DNA of 63,890 nucleotides, counting the filler, from Atractiella rhizophila (Eukaryota), in assembly GCA_021432655.1 (NCBI GenBank). It is 5 parts of 5 records of this genome, joined end to end, with 100 filler letters (N's around TTAATTAATTAA, not from the genome) between each part and the next. Parts side by side here need not be neighbours in the genome. Positions count along the whole stretch, not along the records: positions 23,651 to 53,643 come from MU271380.1; 4 more parts are not named here. One strand, 5' to 3'. Position 1 is the first letter of the stretch, and the number at the start of each line of letters is the position of its first letter. The position numbers and the translations under genes were made by a program. This document shows positions 39,364 through 52,686 of this stretch, in pieces. The notes under the pieces are model-generated. The model saw only the letters and a list, made by a program, of their open reading frames with translations, was not told where the DNA came from and searched no databases.

Positions 39364-41552
39364 ATGTCTGCCACACTCACCTCCCCTGCGTCTCCCACTG
39401 AGAGCCCATGTCTCGTTAACTGCGATGTTGTGACAACCACTTCGACAACTGCGCCGGCAGAAGTGACAACTGGATCGGGGAATGGATGGCCGGATGGAGC
39501 GAATCGACTGGGAGCTGTTACGTGAGTTCATTCTCTCGCTTCTCGCGCCATTATCCGTAGAGGTCAGAGAGGGATTTTCCCTGCATTGGGTCATTTGGTG
39601 CCGCGTCCATTGTTGCGCAAGTTGTTCTTTGAAGACGTCATGTCTGTTGTTCTATTACTGGAGCACGAGGGATAATTGTGACATTTCCTGAAGTGCTATC
39701 TTCAAGACTACACTCTAGAGACCGGAGTAAGAGGGCTGCGAGAGGGGACGATAAGTGAGCCATTACCGCTGCCGTCTCTCGGGACAGCCCAGCCTCAGAC
39801 CGTATTCAATGCAATGCTTAATGAGTGAAGTACGCTCCCGCTTTTATGGCATGGCAAACGAGTGCATATTCATAGCGCCTACAGACCGAATATCTTATAT
39901 AACCGTTATACCCTTGTTGCTTTTGCTTTCCTCTTCCATTCCCACTCCCCCCCGGCTGCTGAAGAAGCTATGTCTGGCATTCCCACTTTCCCTTCCTCGC
40001 CGGAAGGCTTTCCCTGTCTCATAAATTGTATTGTCAACGCTCCAACGTCATCGTCTACGACGGCAGCGGCTCAAGAGACTGCTGGGAATGGGAACGATGG
40101 GAGCCCGAGTGGGCCAGCAGCCGTTACGTATGTGTATTGCTTACCTTTCACGAAGTACATGTAGGGGAGAAGTTCTTCCCTTGGTGCTTAATGCTAGTGT
40201 CACTGTTATGCTTGTCCTTCCAGAGTATTGATCATATTTACCACAATTGTCATTTCTTTTCCTTTTCCTTTTCCTCAACTATTGTCATGGAAGGAATGGA
40301 GCGAGAGAAAGAGTGGCCCGATCCAAAGTTCCGTCGGCTCTCCAGCTCTTTTTCGGGGAGCCCAGCCTTGGAGTGGTCAGCGTGTGCTCGCGCGAGGTTT
40401 GCCGCCTACAGACTTTGGTCTCTTGTCCTGCCTGTCCAGTCATCCATACCCACCTTCTCAGCTGTTACGTTTGGGTTGGGAACGGTATCTTCTCCCCGGC
40501 TGTCGGTTTGATGATCGTGCCAAGTGGAAAGAGGAGCAGGCTTAGCATTCCTGCCGGCCTAGGCCGCATGTGACTTTTCTCCTTTTTTTTGCTGGGCAAG
40601 CTCCTTCATACGGCTTTACATCCCTATGTCGGGAACCGACCGACGCCTGGGGAAAGAGAGCCGTAGGGAGATACGGACCTTCCAGCAGCGAAACCAGTTC
40701 ACTGATGTAATGATTTCATTAGTTCATGATTTTGGCCGTTTGCACCTCCCTAGTCTCTCTCATCACCAGCAATAGATACTGACAATATGTTCTTCAACAG
40801 GTATTACAGCGCCATAGCGTTCGTATCCATTCCTCCCTTCACCTACCTCCTAACCAACATCTGTGCACAGTCTAGCAATCGTTCTTCTCATCTGCGTCGC
40901 CATCTTTTCCCGCTTCCTCTACACCCGGCGCCTCCGAAAAGCCTACGCACAGCGAGCAGCCCAAAACTCTGTCCTGCATGCGAGGGAACTTGAAGACCAA
41001 CGAAGACGAGGAGAAGCCGATGGGCTCCCCGGCTACTACGAGCCCTCTGGTCCTGCCCCGTTACCTGTTCAACCCACGATCGATCAACTGAGCGGCGGAC
41101 GGAACGAAGTGTCGTGGCTGCCTGCGTGGATGAGAGGCGTGGGAGGGGGAACTGGGAGGTGGTGGAGGAGAGAGAAGCCTGAGAACCCCACGATACCATT
41201 GCAGCACCAGGGCCAAGGAACGACGACCAATCATGGATTGCAAGACGGCGTGATGGTCGATCATCGTACTGGGGTCGTTAGTGTCGTCATGGAACCGCCA
41301 AGGTATACGAAGGACTTGCCGCTGTATGAAGAGGTCGCTTCCACCCCTCAGAACGTACCTACACACGTCATTGGGACGCCTGAGGAGGAAGAAGACCGAA
41401 GAGCGTCGACCAGTATGGCTGGACGGACGAATGGGGCGTTGGAAGGGAGCGCAGATGCGGGTGCGGGTGTGGGTACGGAGGAGGAGGATAGGGAACGGGA
41501 GAGGGAGAGGAGGGAATTGGAAGATTACGAACGACGAACGAGGGGACTTTGA
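39364..41552 (+). CDS. single-pass membrane protein with PY motifs (Rcr1/Rsp5-adaptor-like), isoform using first exon A
   Basis: Exon A 39364-39521 (|GTGAGT, phase 2) + microexon 40801-40818 + exon 40871-41552 (TM LAIVLLICVAIFSRFLY, then RRLRK, LPGY, PPRY, LPLY). Confidence 0.6.
39970..41552 (+). CDS. same gene, isoform using first exon B
   Basis: Exon B 39970-40127 (|GTATGT, phase 2) is preceded by TATATAA (~39896) and a pyrimidine tract. It joins in frame to YYSAIA|LAIVLL. Confidence 0.7.
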
Positions 41553-42390
41553 ACGACTTGGGATGTGGGTTGGATGTGGATGCCTGTCTGTGCTGACAAA
41601 AGGACTGGGGCGAATACGATACGGATGCTCCATGTTGCTTTGCGTTGTGAAACGTTTTCTTTGTTTGTCTTACCACCGCTTTGGTTCCGCTTCATAGCTG
41701 TATAACAGACATGCTCTCTCGATGTGTACGTTGGAATATTTCGCAAGTAATAATGATGAAGCACGAGATTTCGGGAGTTGTTAATACATTAATTAGTTCG
41801 TGTTCGTACTACGCTAAGCGAATACAAACAGAAAGCACTGCACGGAGGGTATGGAACAACTGACACGACAAGAGGAAACAGATCCAGACCAGCATGGAGA
41901 GCGAGTGATAAAGACTTCGAAAAGGGGGAGAAACGATACACAAGAAAGATATCCATTATAGAAAGTGAGGGAATTAAGCTGGTATTCGTGGTTGCGTGGC
42001 TTTCCTGTCCCAGGCGCTATCCCAATCCCTATCCGTCAATGAACCAGTCAGTCATCTAGTCGGCACCTCTTTGAAAGTTACAGTTTCGGAAGATCAGACA
42101 GCATGAGGTTTAAAATACCCAACAGGAGGCGAATGGGCGACGAAGGTCTCCTCAGAGTTCAAGATGATATAATTGAGTGCTCCCGCTTTACCACACAAAG
42201 ATGCACACACGCTCGCAAAGCAAACTTAATGAACGGCCCCAAGGAAATAAAGTAGTCAGGCCACTTCTGCCACCAGCAATCACGACAGTTCATTCTAGAA
42301 CGCTGGTGAAAATATCTCGGACCCTGAGATCTCATCCTCTTCCTTGCTTTATCATCATCCTGGATCTTCGAAAATTCAGACTTTAGACTG

Positions 42391-43071
42391 TCAAGCCTCA
42401 GGGCTATACCTCAAATGGACATGCAAAAGCACAGAGAATGAAAGCAGGAGAGCATTTCGAAATTCAGGACAAATGAGAGGACGTACGGTGGCCTGTAACT
42501 TCCCGCTGACAGAGAATGAGAATGTCCCCTGCCATCCGTATTGGGGGGCGGATACGAATGTCCGGAGGTTGCAGTTGTGGCTGCTGGTCCAGAACCTCCC
42601 ATTCGTAAGACTTCTGTTCGCTTATTGAAGGATCTCTTGGTCTTGCGGCGTGTGTAGAAGATAAAGGCCACTGCCTGCATAATCACGCCAAATATCAGCA
42701 TTGGAGATAGATTTACGAGAAGATTTGGAAAGAATTGGAGGAGTTGGAGGGCAGGAGACGCACTCCTAGAATGAGGGGTATCCCTACTCCCAGACCAACC
42801 CCTAGACCGATTTTCATCGCATTGTCCTAACCGCATCCAGTCAGTTCTACGTTCCCCCGTGCTAAGCGAATGGGCATGGAGAATCGCAAACATTGTTGTC
42901 GTCCTTTTCAGGGTTGATTTGGATGCCTGGTCCAAAGACTGGTCCCTTCGTACTGGTTGACGTTGTGGACGATGAGGTCGCCGTGCCCGTTGGAGAAGTG
43001 GTACCCTGTGCACGTGCGCATGCGAGGAGTAGGAAGAGAGTGAGAAGGAGGCGAGAGAAACTACTGAGCAT
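42391..43071 (-). CDS. small type I membrane protein (Mid2/Wsc-like architecture)
   Basis: Signal peptide MLSSFSRLLLTLFLLLACARA, Ser/Thr-rich stalk, TM IGLGVGLGVGIPLILG|AVAFIFY then TRRK. Three introns; last exon uncertain. Confidence 0.72.
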
Positions 43072-46000
43072 CGTGCAGCAAACACTACTGTGGATGGTCG
43101 TCATGATGGTGGCAAAAAACGACCAAATAATAATTCCCCCTTTTGGACAAGGTTTGAAGGTTTTCGCCAAGTCCGCATCTATTAAAGTCCGTACAGCAAA
43201 CGTACCTAATTCAATGTGAGTCACTTTTAAACTTTACTTCATCGACTCGATCGAATCGAATCGAACGTCCAACATTTGTTGTGAAGTTCTCATTTTCCCT
43301 TGCCTCCAACACCTCCCTCGCCGAGCTGAACGATTTGGGTGGAATAGGAAAGCAAGGCACTCTGGTACTCGAGGTAAGTCTCTTTTCCTCTCCCTTTTTG
43401 CTCTCCTTCGTGCTTTGGTGCGGACCTGGCGAAGAAGGTCAATCTGTCCAAATCTCTCCGTCATACCTCCGAACCATCTATGCTCAAACGTCCTCTCTCT
43501 TTTTCTTCTTCCTACCTTTCAGTGATACACTTCGAGCTTTCACGCCCCATTCCACTTTTTTTCGAAGAGAGATGTCGAGTTGTCCAGCAGAGGTGATGGA
43601 CCCACCTTCCCCCACCGTCGGACATTCTCCCAAAGAAGACGCTGTTTCTGCCGATTGACGATAAGCAGCACACGTTGTTCCGACGCTTCTCTCATGCTTC
43701 TATAGCGATGCGATCAAGTGCATATTGCGCATTCTTGACCGTTCGTAAACAGGTCAAGCAGGTACAATCATTCTCTCCTCCAGTGTCGCCTGCTGCGAGT
43801 GTCAGTGCGAGGTGGTGCCAGAAGGCCAAACTGAAAGAAGGGTGAGCGAAGAAGGTCCCTCGGTGACTTTTGGGCGAAGAGGGTTTGTTCTCATTCGTTG
43901 AACCATCTGTCACGCCGTCGAGAGTAAAGCGGTGGGAAAAGTCTGTTTAGTCCCACCCTCGTTTCCGTGATTGAACCTCCATTCTCTGTGCTCCATCCGC
44001 ATGCTACCATTCGCGCTTTCCGTCATTGCCAGACTGTACTAGTACATGCATTTTCATTCTTGAAGACGCATTCAGTTCAGAGTCTTGGTTTGAGTTAGGT
44101 GGAAATTGGCTTGGTTGTTTCCTAGAACCTCGTCTGTGGTTCCTCCTGTCACGTTGTTCCTCCACCCACTCAACTTGAAGTTGGGTTTTGGTTTGGAAGG
44201 CGAGGGGAGAAGGTTAAAAGATCCCAGAATACTCGTGAGCTGCGCTTCCAGCTCTTTAGCGCTGGCAGTTCGACCGCCGTGGAGTTGATATTTAAATCTC
44301 CCTTCGATCTCCATACCCATCCTCTTCCTCTCGAGATTTAAAGATTCAGAAGCGTTTCTAAACTCTCTCATAGCATACGTGACGCGTTCAAACCAAACCA
44401 CTGTCAACTTACAATTCACTTCCAAAGCTAGCGTCACGGACGTCGATTACTTCTCGCAGCAGGTTCGTCTTTCCTCCCGTTTGCAGTTCAACTTTCAAGA
44501 TAGATGGCCATTGTTGAGTTTCTCGCTACAATTTTCGTCTGCCTTTCCCTTCTTCCTGGCTGTGCAGCTGATGGGAACAAGACTTCCTCTTCTCCTCCAC
44601 CCTTGTAAATCTGCCATGATTATGTCGTGATCCAGTTCACGTACGTAGCTACACAGCAGGAAGGTGTCCTACCTTGTTCTCGTTCACAGAACCAGGTCAT
44701 TTTTCACAGAGCGACACCTGTCTGCCCATTCCTCACCCATCGTTCCATGTCGCTCTCTGCCCTCGTTCCAATCTCTCTTCCTTGCCCATCCCGTCGTCTC
44801 CACTTGGGCCAGCGGCCGGTCCGGTCTGACACCGGCGCGCGAGCGAGAAAGGTTGGAATGGGATGAGAACCTGGTGGATTCACATTCAGTCGAGTGAAGG
44901 ATTTGATGGCACTTCTGTTCTTGGATGCCTTTGCCCCATCCATTCTTCAAGCTTAACTTCTCTTCTTGGGAGACTCTTCGATTCGAATCCTACTTCCATA
45001 AGGCTTTACGGCTCCTCTCGTCGGTCGGAGAGGGAGAGGAATACGCAAATGAATGGATCAGCCGACATCATCTATTATGTCGGCAAGCGAATCACGAATC
45101 GTTCTCTATTATATAATCATTGAAGTGGGTGAGGATTCCCGCTTTTTGAAGAAAACAGGCTTCTAGAATAACCTGATGGCGGAGCGTATCCCCAATGGAT
45201 GATTCTTCTGAAAGCGCTCCCGATGTCTCCACCTGTAGAATCCGATCGCTGAACCCGTTGGCACATCGGGTTACTGGACAACTGCGTTCTGCCCCTATTC
45301 AGCTTTGGGAGCCTCTTCGGAGCAGGACGAAAGTGGGGTCTCGCGCCAGCGCTTGTCTTGAATGCTCGACCTTCTTCCTCAGTTGTTGCGATCTTCAAAC
45401 TTTGGTTTTGCGCTGTCATGCGCATTGAAGACCGTGACCGCATTTACTATTTATGAGCGACCCACCTCGTTTACATGAGGACGATCTCGTTTTTCACTTT
45501 GTCATCTTTCTTCCTTGTCTGTCCTCCTGTCCTTTCATCCTCCGGGGATATCGTTTGGCATCTGTGAGGCTCTTATTCGTCGATTCTCCCTTCATTTTTC
45601 ATTCTACTACGATGACACTTTCCGTCATTTTCTCAATTTTTTGCTAATTCGCAAATCATCGATCGATCGTTGGCACCTCCAGGTGTGGTGCTTCCCAAGA
45701 GGAGGCTGGGTTGACCTTAAAAGACTGAACGTTAAACATGCAGCCTATTCTCACAATAGCATTCTGTGCATTAAGGTCACGGTTGTCATTCAACCGTCGC
45801 CTGCTTGGCTTGTGCTCCTCGTCCAGCGTCCAACGTCAAGCGTCAGCACGTCAGCCTTAGAACCTACCACTTGATGAACTTGTGCAGGTCCCTCTCGACG
45901 CTCTTCTTCCTCGCTAGCTAGTGAACTAGCGAGTATCCGTTTCGAAGAAGTCTCCACCTGACTTGTGTTGTCGGGACTTTCACATCCTTTGCGTCCGTCC

Positions 46001-47640
46001 CGTAGGATCTGAATCTCTCCGATCCTACGAGCGGCCGTGAACTAGACAGGAACGGTTGGGGCTTTGCGTGGGTGATGTGATGGAATGGATGTTTCCTCAT
46101 TTTCGTTCCCCAGCCAGCTGCATCAGATCGTCCTACCATGCCCTCTCTCTTGTTTCGTTCTTCCAAGAGTCGGAGTACCACCGCAACCCACGATTACAGG
46201 TTGCGGGCTCGCTTTCACATGCGTGCTTGCTTCTTCCTTCTGTGCTCCCGACTCTCCCGCTCCACCTCCCGCCTTCTAGCATGAAACTTGTTGCAGCGAT
46301 GCCGCAGTTAACTGTCGCTGTCAACGCATCAGCGTCCATTGCAAGTTGCGATGGTGCACTCGAACCATCGTTTCTCCTCTGCCAGATCCCTTTGTCCATC
46401 CCCTCCTGCCAGGATGTGACCTTTCAGGAGATGCCTCTCCACCTTCTTACACTCTGAGGCAATGAAGTTATGTCGTTTCCAGTTATGTGCAGTCATCGGT
46501 CATTTGTATAAACTGTTCAAGTGTTGGGAATGGGGCACTCCCTTCTTTTGTCCCATTCTTTGGCTTCGGAAGTCAAAGAGGAGGAAAGATGGAGCCAGTG
46601 CCGCCCTATGCCCTCCAGTTATCCAGACGCTTATTTAATGTGGAAACTTCCTTTGAAGTCCCAAATTGCTTGATAGTCCGAAGGAATGATATTTCCTTTT
46701 CTCCTTTCTCATTTCTCATGCTAAAGCGCTATGGTTCTTTTGCTAGCTCTTCTGCACGACGAATATTGATAACGTGATGAGATCTTGGCTGAGTTTAAGA
46801 CGTTTACTGTCAAGGTTCTCTCTCTGCCTTCTTTGTGGCGATTTACGTAACGTCTTGCCCCATTTGAACTGATGAAACGTTGAACGAATATTGAAAGTCA
46901 AATTAAATGACATTAAAACGCTGATTGATCGCAGATTAAGGGCTAATTGAATGACAAGAAATGGAATGTGATGCGGCCTTCCATCCTGGTTCTATCCACA
47001 TCTAGGAGATTTGCAGCTGTATTGACGGCCGCGTGTCACGCTGCGAGCGATGTTCTGAATATCAGTGCACTTGCATTGACACATCTTTGTCGTCTTGCCC
47101 ATTTCAACCCTTAAACTTATAAGGTCTTCTCCTTTCTGAATCTAGCTGACTTCTTGAAAGTAACAGCTTCTCCTCCTTCGACCTGCGGTGCACTTACTCG
47201 CCTGATTCGGTATGCCTTCCACACATAAAGGTTATGACGACTGAGATCACGCCCAAGCGCTCCCAATAAATTCGCAAATAAATTCCCCAATAAGCGCAGA
47301 GCATTTGATCAAACTAACACCCTCTTGACGATTTTCGGAATCGGAAAAGTCACGGGACTGGACATAATTCCAAGCACACCGCTCGATCGATCTCCTCATC
47401 CGTTTAGGTGTGTCGCTCGTGAAATTCCCATAAATTATCGCTGATCTCGGAAACTCTGCCTTCGTCTGTTTCCCAGTACATAGTTTTGGATAGGATAGCA
47501 AAGTAGTAGTCACCGTGGATCCCTTCTACCAACGCGCCAAAAACATCCTCCACCTCCTCCCGAAACCGCCTCCCCTCTCCTCCGAGTCTTCTTCCCTCTC
47601 CCCGACCTCCACAGACAGCGCCAGCCTAGCGAGCGCGAAC

Positions 47641-49264
47641 ATGTCATACCGCTCTCCGTCTTCTCCTCGCTACGGCATCTCCGCCAGCTACAACCCTCGC
47701 CTCCGCTCTTCTGACCTCTACCCTCCCGCCCAAGGCTCTTCTCTACTTCCCCAGGCGAGCGTCGGTGCCTCAGTTCCAAGGTCAATACCCATACCCAGGG
47801 GCATTGGGAGTAATTCCCTTCGAACATCAGCGGGAGAAGAGTCCGAGGACGAGCAGATTCAATACCTCCTGCAGCGCGCAGGTAGATCGTCGAATGGCGG
47901 AGGAGGAGGGAACCCACAGTATGCTTCCGGGTTGGTCGGGAGCGTCGGTGCGCCTGTAGCGGACGGTTTCGAGGATCAAGGATATGGGTATGGGTATGAG
48001 CCAGAAGAGGGGATGTGGGATCTCGAACTCGACGGACCTGAACAAGGTGGCGTAGGGGGAGGAGGAGCTGGCATGGGGTCGAGGGGTTCTACTCCCCCTC
48101 CCGTCCGCCATAGGCGTAACTCAACCTCGAGCTTCGGTGGCCTTCCGCCCCCTCCCACGATGACGCCGGTGGTTGATTTCAATCACCCGCCCCCTCGATC
48201 CAGGTCTCCACATGTCACTCGAGGACCTTTCATGCGAGAGAACAATGGTCATGTACCACAGTCCTCTTCATACTATGCGTCCTCAGGTTCACCGTATGCG
48301 TCTTCTTCGTCGAGGGGGAGAAGCGAGAGGAGGGTGTCAGTGTCATTGGCAGAGGAAGCGAGGAGGAGGGAGAGGGAACAAGAGGCTTTGGACGCTTTGG
48401 AGATTGAAAGGGAGGAGAGGGAGAGGGCCGAGATGGAGATGGAGATGGAGCGGCGAAGGAGGGAGAGAGAGGCGGCGGAGGAGAGGGAGAGGAAGCTGAG
48501 GAAGAAGGCTCATAGGAAGACTATCAGCCACGTCGTCCCTTCGTCTGGGTACGGTTCGAGCCACCACAGCGGTTCGAGTTCTAGTTCTCGCCCAAACGGT
48601 GGACGTCACCAGCATTTTTCGGGGTACGCAATTTTCCTCCTTCATTCTCTTGAGAACACATTTGAGCTAATGTGAGAGAACATTTAGGTCGTCGGCCGCT
48701 CCTTCGGATTATGAAGATTTGGGAATGCGAGAACCGATCTATGAAGATGCGATTCCCGCCCCGTCCTCCGTCCCAATCCAACCTCCCTCTCCTGCGGCCG
48801 AATCCTTGCGTGCCCATCTAAACAATCTGTCCATCAGTCCGCGTCAGGCGCATTCACCTCCTTCCTCCTCATCCCGTCCGACTCTCAGCAACCGACGAGC
48901 CAGCACTGGCATAGGTCTCAGCTCATATTTTGGCCTGAACACCATTCCTGCAATACCTGAATTCGATCCGAACGATATTACTTCCGGCCTGCTCGACAGG
49001 AGGTATATTGCTGAAATCCACTTCGTCTTTCGATCTCCTCAAGATCCACTTCGACCATTCTTGAAGACACTCAAGACCATCACTGATGTCCCCATCCACA
49101 CCACCCTCCAAGTTTCCAGACAGCCCTCTTCCATCACCATCATCTTTATGAATAGAAAAGCCGTCACGCTGCGTTTCGATCAGCGCCAACTCGCCGACCC
49201 AAATCTCAACATCTACGAGCAAATGATCATCGCTTTTGGGGAGGCGATGTGCTCCGGATCATAG
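47641..49264 (+). CDS. hypothetical low-complexity/coiled-coil protein with a compact C-terminal domain
   Basis: ORFs 47515-48675 and 48719-49264 are joined by an intron of about 65 nt near 48624-48687. It has Ser/Pro/Gly-rich and E/R-rich segments. Confidence 0.68.
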
Positions 49265-50308
49265 TCTCTCCTTTCCCCTTTCCTTTACCTCTTTATTATC
49301 CAATCGCCCAAGAAAGAGATAGCACGTGGAAAATTCGTACCCCTGTGAAAATCAACGATCGACGACGACCAAAACCGAACCGATGAACCTATCCGTCATC
49401 TCCATATGTACCTGTCTCTTCAGCTCGTCAGCTCTTCATCTCGTTTCTTCGACGTCCTCCGTACTTTGGCGTATTTACAAACCAAACCAAACCGCAATCC
49501 AGCATCTCCGGTTTCACAAAGGTTGCGACCCATCGGTCGGTCTCTCAACTAACGATTGATCGATTGCACAACCATCAGTTATTCAGTCCATCCGGCCCCT
49601 CTCGCCGTATTTTCAGTCTCGAATTTTCGAGTTTTTTTACGGTCACCTACTTCATCATACACAAGTACTAGCTATCTACAAAGAAAGAAAGAAAGAAGAT
49701 CAGTCACGTTCTATCTACCTTCGTTCGATCTCGCACTCTCACGAACCTGTATGATAAGTTGGTTGCTTCGCTTCAATCCATCCATCCATACCTTTTCCTT
49801 CAATGAACGTTCGTCTTGATTGATTCTTGTGAAGTTTCTTGCCCGTGTCCAAATGTCCGTTGCCCTGTTCAAACGTTCAACTTTTACCCCATACACAAAT
49901 ACCTCAACCAGTCCAGTTGTTTCGACGTATTTTTTATTCAAGCTAACTACTAACTTGAAAGAGTCCTGTTCGAAGCACAAGTCGATTGTTTTCTCGCTTC
50001 ATCTCTGTGTTCCCTCTCAGTTGTTGTCCTCTCATACTGCCCTTCGTCAATGAACAATGTCAATCATCCCTCCGCCGATATATCTCAGCCTCCGTCCCTT
50101 TACTCATGGCATCGTAGACACCAGCCTCCTCGCCTTCATGGACTTTACAAGAGCGGAACACGGTTTAAATCGAGAAAACGATTATAATTGAACCATCTAA
50201 AGAGCGACCGGAACCCAAACAAATGTCCCTCTTGCTCCACGAGCAAAGACGAAGGAACGGATCTATGTACAATAGAGCCCCATCACTACTTCACGCCACC
50301 GCGCCGGG

Positions 50309-52093
50309 TCACCACTTGTCAGAGGCGATCTTGATGGTAGGAGGGAGGAGACAGAGGATGAGGAAACAACTCGACCCGAATCCGGAGCCGGCTATGGATT
50401 GAGTCGAGAAGCGAGGGGGGGCGGAGGAGGACTCGTCGCCGGCTGTTTCGTGTTCATCGCGTTAGCATTTCACTCAAATGACGGGAAAGTGGGGTGGGGG
50501 ATTTGGAGGTTGGATTGGGGTTGAAAGTGAGATGGGGAAGAGGAAAGAAACGTACGAGAAGCGGTGGCGAGTACTGAGGTGCCGTTCAGTACTGAGCCGG
50601 AGGAAGAGTAGAAGACCTGTGCCATCCACCACCATATCAGCAACGACGTTCCTCTCCATGTTTTAAAAACTAAGAAATGGGAACGGAAGGAAGACGGACC
50701 TTCATGTTCCGAAAGAACGTATCCGCCCCACCCTTTCCAGTAGCCCAACTCTTAGCACTTCCACCAAAGAACGTAGTAAAATCCACAGCGGTGAGGGCCA
50801 TATCCTTATCAGTCCGAAGGACCAAATTATCGTGGTACATGGCCAGTTCATCGTCGTGATAGAGCGCGACGAGTCCGTTGTTGGTCGTCAACATTGGGTT
50901 AGAGACGTTGGAGTTAGGAGTGTTGAGAGAGATGAGGAGGGCGATGGTGTTCCATTTATTCGTGTCGAATTTGTAGGAGCCGCGGGAGACGCTCATCCCG
51001 TATACGGCGTTGCAGCCTAGGGTCTCTTCGACGCACAAACCGTCGTAGGTGGGAATGTAGGCGTAGACTGGTCATTCTAGTCAGTCTCACCGCAAACAGA
51101 AGAGAAACGAAGCGAGGAATAAGAAAAACGGAGGAATGGTGAAAGATGAGTCGACTTACCCTCTCCCTCCCCTTTGGTCCTCCACATCAACCTAGTACTG
51201 AGGCAATCCACACTGTGCTTGCCTCCGGAACAACTCCCAAAGGTAGAATGATCCTTATTGCCGTAAAATCCAGGCAATTTTCCGCCCTTAACGAAATCGA
51301 ACTTCTTGCTGAAAGGCGATATCATACACGAACAGAGCGGTCTGAACTCCTTCGGGATGACGCGAGACCAGAAGGTGATTCCACCCTCGTTGTTGCCAGA
51401 GTAAGATCCCTCGGGATAATGAACCTTGAGGACCATGGTATCTGTGTTTCCTACCTCTCCATCCGTGTATCCGTAATTTGAAGACGAGTTGTCAGACGAC
51501 AGGTAGGGGTCTGCGACGAACTCTACGTTCCACGCTTGTCCTCCTGAGGGTCCTTTGGGATTAGAAGTGTTCCAGTTCGTGGCGATGTAATCGAAAGCCG
51601 GATACTGGCTCACGTTCTTGAGCGAGACGAGAGAAGCAGGTTGGAAAAGCGAAGACGGTTCTCCTCCCTCGTCATCGCCAAAGAAACTGTTCGCCTTCGT
51701 ACTGTAGAACTCATCCACCGAGAACTTTGCCATCCCGTCTTTCCCGACCAAATCCGGATCGACGACCTTGCTGGTCGCAGTAGTGGAGAGCGAGTTGAAG
51801 TTGACGGAGACGAACTTTTGTGTATCTCCATTCTGTACCGTCGTGGGTGCACCGGCGACGGCGGATTGGATGGGAGCGGTAGGGAAGGGGAAGACGAAGG
51901 ACTCTGTGAGACCGTAGTAGGACGCTATCTCATAGATGTTGGCGGAGGGAATGGGAGGCACATCCTTTGAGAGTCCGGAGGTGGAAATGACTATCGAACC
52001 CGCTTTGACGGTGTCTGGTAGCTCGGCGGAGTGAACCGTGGCTGGGAGGAGTGCTAGTGAGAGGGAGAGGGAAAGATGGAGGAGGGTGTGCAT
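50309..52093 (-). CDS. polysaccharide lyase family 14 (alginate/glucuronan lyase-like), secreted, possibly GPI-anchored
   Basis: Signal peptide, VHYPEGSYS, FDFVKGGKLPGFYG, CSGG...CLSTRLMWR..GEGE|VYAY, FTTFFGGS and a hydrophobic C-terminal tail. Confidence 0.88.
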
Positions 52094-52686
52094 GTCGCCT
52101 GCGAAGTTGAGGGTGTTCGCGATGAAAGAATGTGGAACTCTAGTGCGTCAACGCGAGAAAGACGAAGGTGAGGTCAGCATTGGAATGCAAAGGTGAGATA
52201 TAACAGGTTGGACAGAACAAGGATCAAAGGATTTTAATTCGGGGGCCTTGCCTTGTTCCAAGGGTAACATAGATACCTTTAGATCATGATGCGTAACGCA
52301 ACAAGAGAATCCAGAAATACGTACTAAAGAGGGTATTTCTATGTTTGCGTCTATGGAAATGAAAATGTTCAGTGGGAGGCAGAGCTCAGTGTAAGCGCAG
52401 CTAGTTAAGAGCTGAGTGTGAGAGACAAGAACCCGGCGACTTGGCGGATGCAAGGCCTTCGATGCACTTGTCGCCAAGGAGAGGCTTGTTCCCGACCGCC
52501 CCTCGTTGGCAAGAAGGCCCGAAGTTAAAACTACCCCTGTCCCTCAGTGGATGAGCAGAGGGGAAAGTGACGATTGAACAACTAATGAAGCTGATGGGAA
52601 GGAAACGTTGGTGTATTCTCCTCTCATTAGGCCTCACCATGGTACAATACATTGTTGCAGTCGAGGAGTTGCAAGTTTCTCGAGAT

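Noticed and set aside
49711..49980. 89-codon minus-strand ORF with protein-like composition
   Set aside because: I could not build a consistent start or exon chain, and there is no recognisable motif.
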